Positions 17,856 through 29,052 of a stretch of 64,000 bases of DNA are shown piece after piece. The position numbers and the translations under genes were made by a program. The stretch covers positions 18,492 to 82,491 of the forward strand of contig NZ_JABDQL010000009.1 of the NCBI RefSeq assembly GCF_013042245.1. The letters are read 5' to 3'. Source of the DNA: Winogradskyella sp. GTDB taxonomy: Bacteria; Bacteroidota; Bacteroidia; Flavobacteriales; Flavobacteriaceae. The stretch's first letter is position 1; every line of letters begins with the position of its first letter. The notes under the pieces are model-generated. The model saw nothing but the letters and a program-made list of their open reading frames with translations. It was not told where the DNA came from and did not search any database.

Positions 17856-20336
17856 TTACAACTTAAACCCTAAAGTTACATAATAGCTTCTTGGTAATGC
17901 CGGAATAATACCTGGACCTGGATAACCTGTTGCACGTTGTGTGAAATATTGCTCGTTGAGTAGATTATTCACTCCTGTTTCTAAAGTCCATTTTTTGTAA
18001 CGATACGATAGTGATAAATCTAATACAGAATAGGCTGGTATAGAACCAATGATACCACTTACGTTATCACCTAAATCTTGAGGCGCGTTGGAAGCATCTG
18101 TAAATTGGGATGACAAATAGGAGTATTGAAAATCAATCAAGAAATTTTTATAACCCATTTTTAGACCTGTTCTTAAATTAAGATTAGGCGCAAATGGCAA
18201 TTCATTATCTTTTACGCCTGGCACCTCAGACTCTATAAATTCTGATTTAATTACTGCTAAATTGATGTAATAGTTAAGGCGATACTCGTCTTTATTTTCA
18301 AAAAAGGTTTCTTTTAAATTCCAATCTATCAAACTCTCAAAACCATAAGTTAGTGCTGTACCAATGTTACCTCTAAAACGCACGATTCGTCCATTTTCAA
18401 CTTCATTGCCAAAAGCATCAATTCTTGTGGCTGTTCGTAATACTTCATCAATCCTATCTCTATAAAGTAGTCCAAAAACATTGGCATCATAAGATACTAT
18501 TTTTTTGTAGCGACCTCTAACGCCTAGGTCTGCTGTGAATCCGCTTTCGTCCTTAATATTAGGGTCAATTTGTAATGCTGGATTTATAACACGGATATCA
18601 CTAAAGGTCACCGACCTGTAATTTTGTGAAAAATTACCATAGACTTCTAAATTTTTGTTTGGCTTGTAAGCTGCTCCTAATCCTAAAAGTAAAATATTAC
18701 GTTCGCGTGTTCGATTGTCATCAAAGGTTGAATCTAATAAGGGGTTGCCAGCTAAATCTCTATTTACAGCTCTAAAAGCACCTTCGCTTTCGGTTTTTAT
18801 ATATTCAAAACGAACGCCTGGTGTCAAGGAAAATTTATCAGATAGATAAAAAATATTTTCAGCGAAAAAGGCGGCATTTAGATTCGGGAAGTCAAAATCG
18901 GATTGTCTTAATTCGCTCGGTAAATCTTGAACATCATAATCTATAAAATTGAAATTGGCATCATTACCATTAGTTCCCGGACCTTGTCGTTCTTCGTTAA
19001 ATGCTTGGTAGTATTTGCTTCCTACCAATAGAATTGATTTTTTTGAACCTAGATTATAATTTTTCAAATAACGTAATTCTGCTCCCCAATTTCTAAAGTT
19101 ACCGACTTGTAAATCGCGTGGTTCGTCTAAATCATCGACTTGCGAAACACGATTGGTTCTAAAACCAATGGCACTTCGTGAGGAATTCATCCCAAAGAGA
19201 ATGGCATTAAACTCTTCATCTTCAGAAAATTTATGATTAAATTTTGCGGTGAGTAAATTCCAATTCACTTTAAACCAATTACGATTTCTATTACTAAAGG
19301 TTGGGTCTTGGTAAAATTGTACATCTGTTAATCCGCCTGGTTGTTGTGCTGTGTAACTCAGATGCGTGTATTCTAAACCAATACTCGTTTTATCAGATAG
19401 TTTATAATTTAAATCTGTAAACGCATTAAAGGCTTCTAGACTCATATTTGCTCGAGGGGCTTGGTCAAAATTATTTTTATAAGACACATAGCTGTAATGG
19501 CTAAACTTACCATTAGTACCACTAAAACTATTGAATGTAGAAAAACCTGAATTGGTATCCCAACTTTGACGTGTTACAATCTCCAATGGCTTTTTGGATG
19601 GTGACCTTAGTTTGAAGTTTAGCAAACCACCAAACTGCGTTCCGTATTGTAAAGACGCCGCACCACGCAGTACTTCAATCTCTTCTAAAGCCTCTGCTGG
19701 TGGTGTATAATAACTTTCTGGATATCCTAAAACGTCTGCACTAATATCGTAACCATTTTGTCTGGTATTAAAGTTGGCCGTTCGGTTTGGATCTAAGCCA
19801 CGACCACCGATGGAGAGTTGTAAACCGCTATTGGTACTCTCGTAAATATTAATACCTACTACTTGCGAAAACACTTGACGAGCATTACTATTACTTTTAT
19901 TTCCCACCATTTGGCTTACAAGAACCACTTCATTTTTCTTCCCAGCATAAATGCTTGTACCCTCGGCATCCTTGGCACGTTTTAAATCGAAAATAGCACG
20001 ACGCTTGGCTTGTATTACGACTTCCGAAAGTTGGTTGGACTTTTCAACTTTAACGGAAACTATTTTATCTGCATTAATGACAAATGTTTTTTCATACCAT
20101 GCATAGTCATCATTATAAAACACAATAGTATGTACTCCTGCTTTCAATTTTTCAAATTCAAAATAGCCATTAGCATCAGTTGTTGTCTCTTTTCCTGTTG
20201 AGATATCTAATACTTGAATGTAAGAAATAGGGGTTTCAGTAGTGGTATCTAAAACTGTACCTGAGAGTTTAAATTGTGCATGTGATACGAGTCCGAATAC
20301 ACAACATAAAAAAATAAATAATCTTTTAAAATCCAT
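17856..20336 (-). CDS. TonB-dependent receptor, FecA-like (probable iron uptake)
   Basis: N-terminal CarboxypepD-like domain, plug (IEVLRGAASLQYG), C-terminal GVNNLLNEQY...YYVTLGFKL. Confidence 0.92.
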   Translation of the reverse strand: MDFKRLFIFLCCVFGLVSHAQFKLSGTVLDTTTETPISYIQVLDISTGKETTTDANGYFEFEKLKAGVHTIVFYNDDYAWYEKTFVINADKIVSVKVEKSNQLSEVVIQAKRRAIFDLKRAKDAEGTSIYAGKKNEVVLVSQMVGNKSNSNARQVFSQVVGINIYESTNSGLQLSIGGRGLDPNRTANFNTRQNGYDISADVLGYPESYYTPPAEALEEIEVLRGAASLQYGTQFGGLLNFKLRSPSKKPLEIVTRQSWDTNSGFSTFNSFSGTNGKFSHYSYVSYKNNFDQAPRANMSLEAFNAFTDLNYKLSDKTSIGLEYTHLSYTAQQPGGLTDVQFYQDPTFSNRNRNWFKVNWNLLTAKFNHKFSEDEEFNAILFGMNSSRSAIGFRTNRVSQVDDLDEPRDLQVGNFRNWGAELRYLKNYNLGSKKSILLVGSKYYQAFNEERQGPGTNGNDANFNFIDYDVQDLPSELRQSDFDFPNLNAAFFAENIFYLSDKFSLTPGVRFEYIKTESEGAFRAVNRDLAGNPLLDSTFDDNRTRERNILLLGLGAAYKPNKNLEVYGNFSQNYRSVTFSDIRVINPALQIDPNIKDESGFTADLGVRGRYKKIVSYDANVFGLLYRDRIDEVLRTATRIDAFGNEVENGRIVRFRGNIGTALTYGFESLIDWNLKETFFENKDEYRLNYYINLAVIKSEFIESEVPGVKDNELPFAPNLNLRTGLKMGYKNFLIDFQYSYLSSQFTDASNAPQDLGDNVSGIIGSIPAYSVLDLSLSYRYKKWTLETGVNNLLNEQYFTQRATGYPGPGIIPALPRSYYVTLGFKL

Positions 20337-21687
20337 AAATATTATCGTTAAAAGGCAGAATCCAATCTTTATGTTTCCAACTGTCTTTTATTTTGGTTAA
20401 ATCAATATTTGGGTCAATAAATCGCTGGCTTAAACGTCCATTTAATGAGATGTAACTATCTACATATACTTCAGGGTTTTTAATGCCTTTGGTTCTAAAA
20501 TGGCCTTCTAAAAATGTGGCGAATTGTAAAATAAAATCGGCCTGTGTTCGCAATTGTTTTTCTTGATATTCCGTTAAAAACTCAGAATGGTCTACGTAAA
20601 ACCAGTTTTTGGTTTCAGGATTTACAATTTTATACTGCACATAACCGCCTTTTTCAATGAGCATAACTCGCCAAGAATAACGGTAACCTTCTTCTGTCCA
20701 AAACAATTCATCTGGATATAATAAATACCGAAAAGGAAATAGAAATTGAAACGTAAAAAACACAACTAACAAACCTGTTATGATTGTGTTTTTTAGATTC
20801 GGAATCCATTCTAAAGACACCTTTTTTGGCTTATCCTTAATCCTGAAAAGTCGTCTTAAAATTGAAATGATTTTTTCGTGAAAAGCCGCATCAAAAAAGA
20901 TTAAGGTCGATAAAATCATCACATAAGGAAAAATACCGATTGGGAAAAGTATACGTGTTAACACATGAAACACAACTACCATTATAAAGGCGAATAATCG
21001 AGTTCGTTTATAAAATAATAGAAAAGGGATACACAAATCGTACAACATACCACTCCAACTCATAAGATAATGCATCCATTGTTTTTGAAATAAATCGCCT
21101 AGCAATGGTAAATCGTAAAGTGATGGTAACCAAACTTGTAAGGGCATAGCTCTTAACAGCCAATCAGAATTTATTTTTGCTAACCCAGCATAGAAATACA
21201 CAATAAACAACATCAACTGAATCACGAAAATATTGTAACGTGGTAGATGTGTAAAGGCTAATTTTGGTTGTTTTTTAGCATCTAGTGAAAAGAAACAATG
21301 CGCAGGCAAAAAGATGAGCAAAAAGCCAATAATACTTACAAAATAGTAATGGTTGAGATAGTAAGTTTTATCAATAAGCTCACAATACGTAAAACTTAAG
21401 AAAAAGAGTATTGTGCTTAATCTGTATTTGTAGCCTAATAAAATACCTAATGATGCTAGTAGCGTTATGGCATAAAGGATATAGGTGTAAGCGCCAAAAT
21501 CTTTTACAAATTCAAAACCAAAATATTTAAAATGAAATGTGGGATTAATGTAATAGGTTTCTACCCAATTTTGAGATAAAAATCGTAGCGTAGAAAACAA
21601 CATTAGGCACCCAAATATAATCCGAAAGACCGCAAGTGGAGCGGCCTTTACAGGATGTTTTAAATATGTGGTTATGGTTTTAAACAT
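20326..21687 (-). CDS. HTTM-domain protein, vitamin K-dependent gamma-carboxylase homologue
   Basis: LAVFRIIFG, DKTYYLNHYY, YFYAGLAKINSDWL, GYRYSWRVML, SLNGRLSQRFIDPNIDL. Confidence 0.9.
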   Translation of the reverse strand: MFKTITTYLKHPVKAAPLAVFRIIFGCLMLFSTLRFLSQNWVETYYINPTFHFKYFGFEFVKDFGAYTYILYAITLLASLGILLGYKYRLSTILFFLSFTYCELIDKTYYLNHYYFVSIIGFLLIFLPAHCFFSLDAKKQPKLAFTHLPRYNIFVIQLMLFIVYFYAGLAKINSDWLLRAMPLQVWLPSLYDLPLLGDLFQKQWMHYLMSWSGMLYDLCIPFLLFYKRTRLFAFIMVVVFHVLTRILFPIGIFPYVMILSTLIFFDAAFHEKIISILRRLFRIKDKPKKVSLEWIPNLKNTIITGLLVVFFTFQFLFPFRYLLYPDELFWTEEGYRYSWRVMLIEKGGYVQYKIVNPETKNWFYVDHSEFLTEYQEKQLRTQADFILQFATFLEGHFRTKGIKNPEVYVDSYISLNGRLSQRFIDPNIDLTKIKDSWKHKDWILPFNDNIYGF

Positions 21688-21690
21688 TAA

Positions 21691-22818
21691 TTAATCTCCG
21701 TCGTTACTTTCAAAAGCGATATTAATATTTAATGCCGACATCATATCAGATTTCAAAAACACCACATTATCTTGAAGTGCCTCAAAAACTTCTAACATTT
21801 GTATGTTATTTGTATTTATTTGCTCAAAAAAATTAGAGTTGAGTGCCGAAATTAAATCTCTAGAGGTATTAAACTGATTATTAATTAAAAGTGATAAATC
21901 TTCACCTTCTTTCATCGTATTTAAAAAGTCTAAGTAACTCTCCAAACTTTCAACAGTTGTAGTTTGATTGTAAACAGTTCCTCTGAAAAAATTCTGTAAA
22001 GCATCTAATGCTTCAAGACATAATGTTTTGGATAAATCCTTTTTATAAAATGCTTCAACTTTTTCTGGTGTCTGCATGCCTGCAGAAAATACGCCAGCAG
22101 GTGTTCCTATTTTACCATTTCTGAAGAATACTTCGTAATACTTCATATATTCATTAACCAATACATTGGTCGAGCTGTTGGCTGCATTACCACTACTATT
22201 TACAAATGTCGCTCGGTAATCACCTTCCCATTCTGTAACAACCTCATTTGTTAGTGTATCGATACGATTTACGACATCAGTTAAATAAGCTAAATAGCTA
22301 TTAGCATTTGTATTGGTCGTATAAAATTCAAGAATTTCAGTATCTGTATCCGCCAAGCCAAACAATAAATAATCTAAAGCAGGAAAACCTTGTTCATCAT
22401 TTCTATTAATATCTTGTAAGGCGTAATTTCCTGAGCTAATGTTAGCATCTATATTACCAGCATTTGTTGGATAAATATTAAGGAAACTTCTTAAAAATGT
22501 AGACTGTGCTGGACCTATATTAAACATAGAAACATTTTGCCACGTAATGTATGCGTCTTCCCATGTTTGACGTAAGTTGTTTAAATTAGTCTGGTTTGGC
22601 AAAGATTCAAATGTATTGGAGGCCGATTTTAATGCCGTTACTTTTGTGTTAAAATCTTGATATGCAGGAATGATAAGGTCATCTACCCAATTGACTAGCA
22701 TGGCTTGTCTATCAAAATTACCTGTATTGTTAGCATTCAATGATTCATCATCACTACAACTGTAAATACCGACACAACATAAAATGATAACTAGAAAAAT
22801 AAATTTTAAAGATTTCAT
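21691..22818 (-). CDS. Imelysin (M75)-family lipoprotein (start revised from 22839)
   Basis: Lipobox YSC-SDD, IIPAY, QGFPALDYLLF, C-terminal NDGD. Confidence 0.85.
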   Translation of the reverse strand: MKSLKFIFLVIILCCVGIYSCSDDESLNANNTGNFDRQAMLVNWVDDLIIPAYQDFNTKVTALKSASNTFESLPNQTNLNNLRQTWEDAYITWQNVSMFNIGPAQSTFLRSFLNIYPTNAGNIDANISSGNYALQDINRNDEQGFPALDYLLFGLADTDTEILEFYTTNTNANSYLAYLTDVVNRIDTLTNEVVTEWEGDYRATFVNSSGNAANSSTNVLVNEYMKYYEVFFRNGKIGTPAGVFSAGMQTPEKVEAFYKKDLSKTLCLEALDALQNFFRGTVYNQTTTVESLESYLDFLNTMKEGEDLSLLINNQFNTSRDLISALNSNFFEQINTNNIQMLEVFEALQDNVVFLKSDMMSALNINIAFESNDGD

Positions 22819-22836
22819 AGGGTTTCTTTTTTGTAG

Positions 22837-22870
22837 CAACAGAAAACCGCTGCTAAGCGATTTTCTGTTA
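22837..22870 (-). other. Intra-operon hairpin between the DUF4856-like gene and imelysin
   Basis: On the minus strand TAACAGAAAATCGC-TTAGCA-GCGGTTTTCTGTTG. Confidence 0.55.
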
Positions 22871-22884
22871 TAATTATAATATGA

Positions 22885-24015
22885 TTATGGGTTGTTGTTC
22901 ACATAGAAGCTTATTACTTCTGCATCTGTAAAACCGTAAATGCTTTGTAAAGCATCAATAACAGCATCTAAATTTGAAAATAAATCAACTTCATTTAAAA
23001 ATCTATGACTCTCTGGATTTTGACCTTCTACAACTAATAAATTTGCTAAGACACTATCAATCTCGGCATCTGTAATCATCTTATTAGATAATCCTTTAAA
23101 ACCATGTGCAAAAGCAACACCTTCTGCATATGCATGCATAGCGTTACCAAGTGCAGCATCTTTATCTGGTCCATCAGCCAAGGCAAATGCAGCAGTTAAT
23201 TGGTCTTTAGTCGCTTTACAATAGTAAATTACCGTGGCAAAGTTAGACATTTCCCAGTTCATTAAATAATCTTCAAGCGCTGCATCTCTAACATCATTAA
23301 ACTCGCTGCCAGCTTCTATGGCTGCTTTAGCGGTAATTAAATTTTCTTGAATATCGAAGAAAAAACCTGTCTGAGCTGTTAGATTAGAACGTCTTCTAGA
23401 ATAGGTTGCTGCTGCTGTAGTTTCTGATGGATTAAATGTTATATCCGCACCATGTATCTCTACTAACTTATCAATAGCAGCAGAATCTGTTAGGTCTCCA
23501 TTAATAACCGTTAATGCATGGTTATATAAAGCTGCACCGAAAGAGCCTTTCTGTATCATTTGCTCTAGCTCTAAACCGTACTCGTCTAATAAACGTGACC
23601 CTAAAAGTCCACCTTCTTGACCCATCACTGGCATATTACCAAAGCCAGGATTCTGAAAACCATCAGCCGAATTTGCTGAATTTACCAATTGTACCAACCA
23701 CTCGGTTACTAAGTTTCTATAGTTAGGTAAGGTTACCGCAGATAATGTGGCAGGATAATCAATAGATGCAACAGTTGTGGTTTGCGCATTTGATTCTGCT
23801 GCATTTACGGCAGATGTTACTGTCGATAATTCATCTATAACTGTATTTTCTGCCACAACATTGGCATTAAAATCTACTGAAACATATTCTGTAGGAATGT
23901 TTAATGTTGGTGAAACAGTACTGTCATCTTCACTTGAACAAGAGGTAAATAAAGCTCCTGCTACTAATAAACTAAAGGCTAAGTTTTTACTCATTTTGGT
24001 TATGCATTTAATCAT
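22885..24015 (-). CDS. Acidic lipoprotein, DUF4856-like
   Basis: Lipobox FTSC-SSEDD; GLELEQMIQKGSFGA and HAYAEGVAF segments; first gene of the operon. Confidence 0.7.
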   Translation of the reverse strand: MIKCITKMSKNLAFSLLVAGALFTSCSSEDDSTVSPTLNIPTEYVSVDFNANVVAENTVIDELSTVTSAVNAAESNAQTTTVASIDYPATLSAVTLPNYRNLVTEWLVQLVNSANSADGFQNPGFGNMPVMGQEGGLLGSRLLDEYGLELEQMIQKGSFGAALYNHALTVINGDLTDSAAIDKLVEIHGADITFNPSETTAAATYSRRRSNLTAQTGFFFDIQENLITAKAAIEAGSEFNDVRDAALEDYLMNWEMSNFATVIYYCKATKDQLTAAFALADGPDKDAALGNAMHAYAEGVAFAHGFKGLSNKMITDAEIDSVLANLLVVEGQNPESHRFLNEVDLFSNLDAVIDALQSIYGFTDAEVISFYVNNNP

Positions 24016-24025
24016 TTTACTATTA

Positions 24026-24122
24026 TTATTTAGACTTGATATAAATAATTATCTATAATTTGATTGCAAACTTAAAACACATTTTCGTTTTCACAAAGTT
24101 TATTTAGATTAAATTTAAATAA
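24026..24122 (-). promoter_or_regulatory. Promoter TTTG-N19-TAAGTTTG flanked by two Fur-like palindromes
   Basis: -7 at 24067-24074 and -33 at 24094-24097 (minus strand); TTATTTAGACTTGATATAAATAA (24026-24048) and TTATTTAGATTAAATTTAAATAA (24100-24122). Confidence 0.75.
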
Positions 24123-24182
24123 ACTTTTAAAACACTAATAATGATAAAGTTAAAACTAATTATTAAAATGGAGCTTACACAT

Positions 24183-25046
24183 TTAATGATACATTTTGAA
24201 GATTTTACTTGCCTCATTATAAGCACTCTCAAAAGCCATAGCACTTAAATCATGTGCTTTTTGTTGTGTAAAGTAAGACAACATTTTTTCGGTTGGCATG
24301 TTACCAGTCAGTTCGTCTTTTGCCATTGGGCAGCCGCCAAAACCTTGAATAGCACCATCAAAACGTCTGCAACCAGCTTGATAAGCGGCGTCTACTTTTT
24401 CGTACCAGGACGTTGGTGTTGTATGTAGATGTGCACCAAATTCTACATCGGGATATTTTGGTATTAGGTTTGAAAACAAATAGCTGATGTTTTTAGGATT
24501 TGAGCTACCAATAGTATCACTTAAAGACAAAATCTTAACATCCATTTTTGCCAATTTTTCTGTCCACTCACCTACAATATCCACATTCCAGGGGTCGCCA
24601 TAAGGATTTCCAAATCCCATGGAAATATAAACCACAACTTCTTTTGAAGATTTATCGGCTATTTCTAAAATTTGGGAAAGTGTATCAACAGATTGGGTAA
24701 TAGTCTTATGTGTATTTCGCATCTGAAAGTTTTCAGAAATCGAAAATGGAAAACCTAAGTAATCAATTTCAGCATGTTTTGAAGCTTCATTTGCTCCACG
24801 AACATTAGCTATGATCGCTAGAAGTTTACTTTTGGTTTTACTTAAATCTAATTGTGCTAAAACTTGGGCAGTATCTACCATTTGCGGAATAGCTTTAGGT
24901 GATACAAAACTCCCAAAATCTATAGTGTCAAAACCTACACGCAACAACGATTGAATGTATTGTACCTTCTTCTCTGTAGGAATCCAATCTTTGATGCCTT
25001 GCATTGCATCTCTTGGACATTCAATAAGTTTTACGGGGTTTTTCAT
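24183..25046 (-). CDS. Hydroxymethylglutaryl-CoA lyase
   Basis: IECPRDAMQ, GSFVSPKAIPQM, LSLSDTIG, AHLHT, GFGGCP, GNMPTE. Confidence 0.92.
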   Translation of the reverse strand: MKNPVKLIECPRDAMQGIKDWIPTEKKVQYIQSLLRVGFDTIDFGSFVSPKAIPQMVDTAQVLAQLDLSKTKSKLLAIIANVRGANEASKHAEIDYLGFPFSISENFQMRNTHKTITQSVDTLSQILEIADKSSKEVVVYISMGFGNPYGDPWNVDIVGEWTEKLAKMDVKILSLSDTIGSSNPKNISYLFSNLIPKYPDVEFGAHLHTTPTSWYEKVDAAYQAGCRRFDGAIQGFGGCPMAKDELTGNMPTEKMLSYFTQQKAHDLSAMAFESAYNEASKIFKMYH

Positions 25047-25091
25047 TAGTGTCAAATATAAGGCTTACTAAAAGGATTTCATAGTACGATA

Positions 25092-25844
25092 TTAGAAGAG
25101 TCTAAAAACCCATTCACCTAAAAACCCAAACCAAATGAAGTAGCCTAAAAGTCCACCAATAAAGCCTGAAATTATAAAGCTAAAACGATATTTAATTGGT
25201 ATAAGTCTAAAGATTACATATAGCGACAATATTAAACCTGTAATTAACATTACACTTGGCAATAGCCATTGATTAAATCCTAATGTACTTGAAATTCCAA
25301 ACTCATCTCCTGAAAAGTTTATCTGATTAAAAAACAAAAAAGAAAAAACAGCATTACAAAAATTAAAAACCTCACGAAGAATAAAGAGCGCTAAAAACAC
25401 GGCAATCCAATCGAGCAATTTAAAGTCATATCTTTTTCTGCGTCTATATAATAAAATAATAAAACCAATTATTGATGTAAGTATAGTTTGTGCTGGTCCT
25501 CCAATAGTAACATACAAGCCGCTATTATTAACTTGCTTAGAGTATTTTTTATCTAAATTTTTATTTAAAACTTCTACTTCATCTTTGACATTTTGAGAAA
25601 ATTCCTCATACTCTAAATTTTTATTTTTTTTGTAAAGCTCTTTAAGCTTTATATAATCTTCATCTTGCATTATTCTTTTATGATAATAAGTCATACTATC
25701 ATGATATAGTGCTGTTTCATACCCATAGTATTTTGCTACAGCAATATGACCCAATTCATGCAACTGTGTACCAATAATTGTAAATACTACAAATGCAAAT
25801 GGGATAATAAATGAGAATTTGGGTAAAAACTTAAACCTTAGCAT
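25092..25844 (-). CDS. Hypothetical membrane protein with an HExxH motif (M50-like)
   Basis: LHELGH, IGGP, several TM helices. Confidence 0.6.
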   Translation of the reverse strand: MLRFKFLPKFSFIIPFAFVVFTIIGTQLHELGHIAVAKYYGYETALYHDSMTYYHKRIMQDEDYIKLKELYKKNKNLEYEEFSQNVKDEVEVLNKNLDKKYSKQVNNSGLYVTIGGPAQTILTSIIGFIILLYRRRKRYDFKLLDWIAVFLALFILREVFNFCNAVFSFLFFNQINFSGDEFGISSTLGFNQWLLPSVMLITGLILSLYVIFRLIPIKYRFSFIISGFIGGLLGYFIWFGFLGEWVFRLF

Positions 25845-25848
25845 AAAA

Positions 25849-26466
25849 CTAAAGTAAAATAAAAATCGCTATTCCAATAAAAACAACAATCTGCAACCAT
25901 TTAAAAATCGTTCCTGAATTTCTATGACTCAAAGTGTAGTCCTTGATAAAACTTGCCATAAGTGCTATGGAAGAAAAAATAAAAAATGAAATTACAATAA
26001 ATAATCCTCCTAAGACATAAAACTGAATTACAGTACTCAAAGTTTCACTAAACAAAAAAGATGGGAAAAATGCCAAGAAAAAAATGGTCACTTTAGGGTT
26101 TAGGACATTCATAAAAAACCCTTGAACAAACAATTGCTTGAGGCTTTTTCGTTCTTTACTTTCAGTGTTTATATGAATTTTACTATCGGACTTATAAACC
26201 TTGTATGCCAGATAAAGTAAGTATAGAGCACCTAATATCTTGATTCCCAGAAATAGGTTTTCATTCGCCTTAATAATAGCAGAGACACCAAAGGCTAGTA
26301 ACGTTGTATGAATAATACAACCCGTCATCAAACCTACTACAGTTGCTAAGGCGTGAGATTTACTATTCGTAAGGCTTTGTACCAAAACATAAATATTGTC
26401 TGGACCTGGCGAAATTGCCAAAGCTGCTGTAGCGGACATAAATAAAAGTAGTGTGTCCCAATTCAA
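25849..26466 (-). CDS. LysE/RhtB-family translocator
   Basis: ISPGPDN, LGALYLLYLA, NVLNPK. Confidence 0.93.
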   Translation of the reverse strand: MNWDTLLLFMSATAALAISPGPDNIYVLVQSLTNSKSHALATVVGLMTGCIIHTTLLAFGVSAIIKANENLFLGIKILGALYLLYLAYKVYKSDSKIHINTESKERKSLKQLFVQGFFMNVLNPKVTIFFLAFFPSFLFSETLSTVIQFYVLGGLFIVISFFIFSSIALMASFIKDYTLSHRNSGTIFKWLQIVVFIGIAIFILL

Positions 26467-26468
26467 AA

Positions 26469-27503
26469 TTAAGAACGTTTTAAAATGGCTTTGTTTATGG
26501 ACTTAATTAAGCTTGGACCTTCATAGATAAAGCCTGTGTAGATTTGCACCAAGTCAGCGCCAGCATCTATTTTTTCAAGAGCATCAGCAGCAGAATGAAT
26601 ACCTCCTACTCCAATTATCGGAAAAGCTTTGTTACTCTTATCAGCTAAATATTTAATGACACGTGTAGACTTTGCTTTAATAGGTCGACCGCTTAATCCG
26701 CCATTACCGATTTCAGTTAGTCGCTCTTCTGAAGTTTTCAAATTGTTTCGGTCTGTTGATGTGTTGCTAGCAATAACCCCATCAAGGTTTGTTTCATTTA
26801 CTAAATCTACGATTTCGTCAAGTTGGCCATCGTTTAAGTCTGGTGCAATTTTAAGTAGTATTGGTTTTTGGGTATCAAAAGTGCTGTTCGCTTTTTGTAC
26901 CGAACCAATCAACTCTAACAAATAATCTTTGTCATTAAGCTTGGCATGACTACCAACATTTGGACAGCTTACATTCAACACAAAGTAATCGACATATGGA
27001 TGCAGTGCCTTAAAGCACTCTAAATAATCCTTTGTATAATCCTCCGGTTTGGTTTGTGTGTTTTTACCAATATTTCCACCGATAATAAGCTGACCTTTAT
27101 TTTTCTTCAACTGCTCGATTGCCGCTTCAAGACCTTCGTTATTAAATCCCATGCGGTTAATAATCCCTTGGTCTTCTTTTAGTCTGAACAAACGTTGCTT
27201 CGGGTTTCCTTCTTGTCCTTTTGGTGTTACAGTTCCTATTTCAATAAAACCGAAACCAAAGTTTGCCAATTCATTATACAAAACCGCATTTTTATCAAAA
27301 CCAGCAGCTAATCCAACAGGGTTCTTAAATTTTAAACCAAATAGCTCGCGTTCTAATCGCTTATCTTCAATAACATATAAGCTTCTTAACAATCCTTTTA
27401 CACCAGGAATTTTAGATAAATTTCTAATTAAATCAAACGTGAAGTAATGAACTTTTTCAGGGTCGAATTTAAATAATATTGGACGAATTAGCGACTTGTA
27501 CAT
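26469..27503 (-). CDS. pyrD: Quinone-dependent dihydroorotate dehydrogenase (start revised from 27587)
   Basis: [38 protein letters not shown]. Confidence 0.96.
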   Translation of the reverse strand: MYKSLIRPILFKFDPEKVHYFTFDLIRNLSKIPGVKGLLRSLYVIEDKRLERELFGLKFKNPVGLAAGFDKNAVLYNELANFGFGFIEIGTVTPKGQEGNPKQRLFRLKEDQGIINRMGFNNEGLEAAIEQLKKNKGQLIIGGNIGKNTQTKPEDYTKDYLECFKALHPYVDYFVLNVSCPNVGSHAKLNDKDYLLELIGSVQKANSTFDTQKPILLKIAPDLNDGQLDEIVDLVNETNLDGVIASNTSTDRNNLKTSEERLTEIGNGGLSGRPIKAKSTRVIKYLADKSNKAFPIIGVGGIHSAADALEKIDAGADLVQIYTGFIYEGPSLIKSINKAILKRS

Positions 27504-27616
27504 GCGTTGTGTTTTGCTGTGCAAAAATACACCAATAAACAGGAAATAAAAAGAAACCAAAACTGGACTTGCAGTATCGTATTTCAATCTCTATTTTTGA
27601 GGAAAAGCAAAATATA

Positions 27617-28861
27617 ATGATTGATAAGCAGCAACTCATAGACCGATTTATAAGCTACGTAACCATAGATACAGAATCCGACCCAAACTCAGATACAACA
27701 CCAAGTACAGCCAAACAGTGGGATTTAGCAAATAAATTAGTTGTAGAACTTAGGGATATGGGCATGAGCGATGTCTCTATTGATGATAATGCCTATGTTA
27801 TGGCAACGTTGCCAAGTAATGCAAACCATGATGTCCCTACCATAGGTTTTGTTTCGCATTTTGATACCACTCCAGATTATACTGGCGCTAATGTAAAACC
27901 ACAGATTGTTGAAAATTATCAAGGACAAGATTTAGTCTTATCTGAAGAAGAAAATATTGTATTATCTCCAGATTATTTTGAAGATCTACTACTCTACAAA
28001 GGACAAACCTTAATTACCACTGATGGCACTACTCTTTTGGGTGCTGATGATAAAGCTGGAATTACCGAAATTATGGAGGCGATGACATACCTTATCAATA
28101 ATCCTAAAATTAAACATGGTACCATAAAAGTTGGTTTTACACCCGATGAAGAAATTGGTCGTGGTGCACATAAGTTTGATGTCGAAAAATTTGGAGCCGA
28201 TTGGGCATATACTATGGATGGCAGCCAAATTGGCGAGTTAGAATACGAGAATTTTAATGCTGCAGAAGCTGTAGTAACCGTGAACGGAAAAATTGTACAC
28301 CCAGGATATGCCAAAGGAAAAATGGTAAACAGTATGTACTATGCTAGTGAGTTTATTAACGCACTGCCAAAACACGAAACACCAGAACATACAGAAGGCT
28401 ACGAAGGGTTCTTCCATTTATACGCCGTTAATGGCGAAGTAGAATCAAGCAAGTTAAAATACATTATTAGAGACCACGATAAAGATAAATTTGAAGCGCG
28501 TAAAGCATTGATGCAAAAGATAACTACAGATCTCAACGCTAAATATGGCAAACCTGTTTTTGAAATAGAAATTAAAGACCAATACTACAACATGAAAGAA
28601 AAGGTAATGCCTGTAATGCACATTGTAGATATTGCGGAAGACGCTATGAAAGCCTTAGACATAAAACCACTCATAAAACCTATTCGTGGTGGTACTGATG
28701 GCTCGCAATTAAGCTATATGGGATTACCATGCCCTAATATTTTTGCTGGTGGCCACAATTTCCATGGACGCTACGAGTATGTCCCTGTAGAGAGCATGAT
28801 TAAAGCCACTGAAGTGATTTGTAAAATTGCAGAGCTGACGGCTGAGAAGTATAAAAGCTAA
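27617..28861 (+). CDS. pepT: Peptidase T (start revised from 27569)
   Basis: [37 protein letters not shown]. Confidence 0.96.
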   Translation: MIDKQQLIDRFISYVTIDTESDPNSDTTPSTAKQWDLANKLVVELRDMGMSDVSIDDNAYVMATLPSNANHDVPTIGFVSHFDTTPDYTGANVKPQIVENYQGQDLVLSEEENIVLSPDYFEDLLLYKGQTLITTDGTTLLGADDKAGITEIMEAMTYLINNPKIKHGTIKVGFTPDEEIGRGAHKFDVEKFGADWAYTMDGSQIGELEYENFNAAEAVVTVNGKIVHPGYAKGKMVNSMYYASEFINALPKHETPEHTEGYEGFFHLYAVNGEVESSKLKYIIRDHDKDKFEARKALMQKITTDLNAKYGKPVFEIEIKDQYYNMKEKVMPVMHIVDIAEDAMKALDIKPLIKPIRGGTDGSQLSYMGLPCPNIFAGGHNFHGRYEYVPVESMIKATEVICKIAELTAEKYKS

Positions 28862-28899
28862 TAATCAGGCTCTTGACTTTCTATTTTAAAACAACTAAC

Positions 28900-28979
28900 T
28901 TCGTTAACGACCGATAAAAATCAACCTGTACTGAGCTTGCCGAAGTATTAAAACTGAATTTATCTAAGCGTTGTGTTTT
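28900..28979. other. attC-like hairpin site 1 (left boundary of the R-M locus), with a REP-like unit in its loop
   Basis: TTCGTTAAC-GACC-GATAAA..TCA...TGA.TTTATC-TAAGC-GTT; loop contains TACTGAGCTTGCCGAAGTA (28929-28947). Confidence 0.55.
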
Positions 28980-29052
28980 ATACCGAAAAAGCCAACGCTA
29001 AAAAAACTAAAAGAGCTATTTTTAGCCAACGCTTGACAAAAACGAAAAATGA

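Noticed and set aside
27501-27620. Apparent head-to-head overlap of pyrD and pepT (a similar case occurs for RDD/SpoIIM at 56120-56222)
   Set aside because: Artefact of longest-ORF start calling; downstream ATGs give normal divergent spacing
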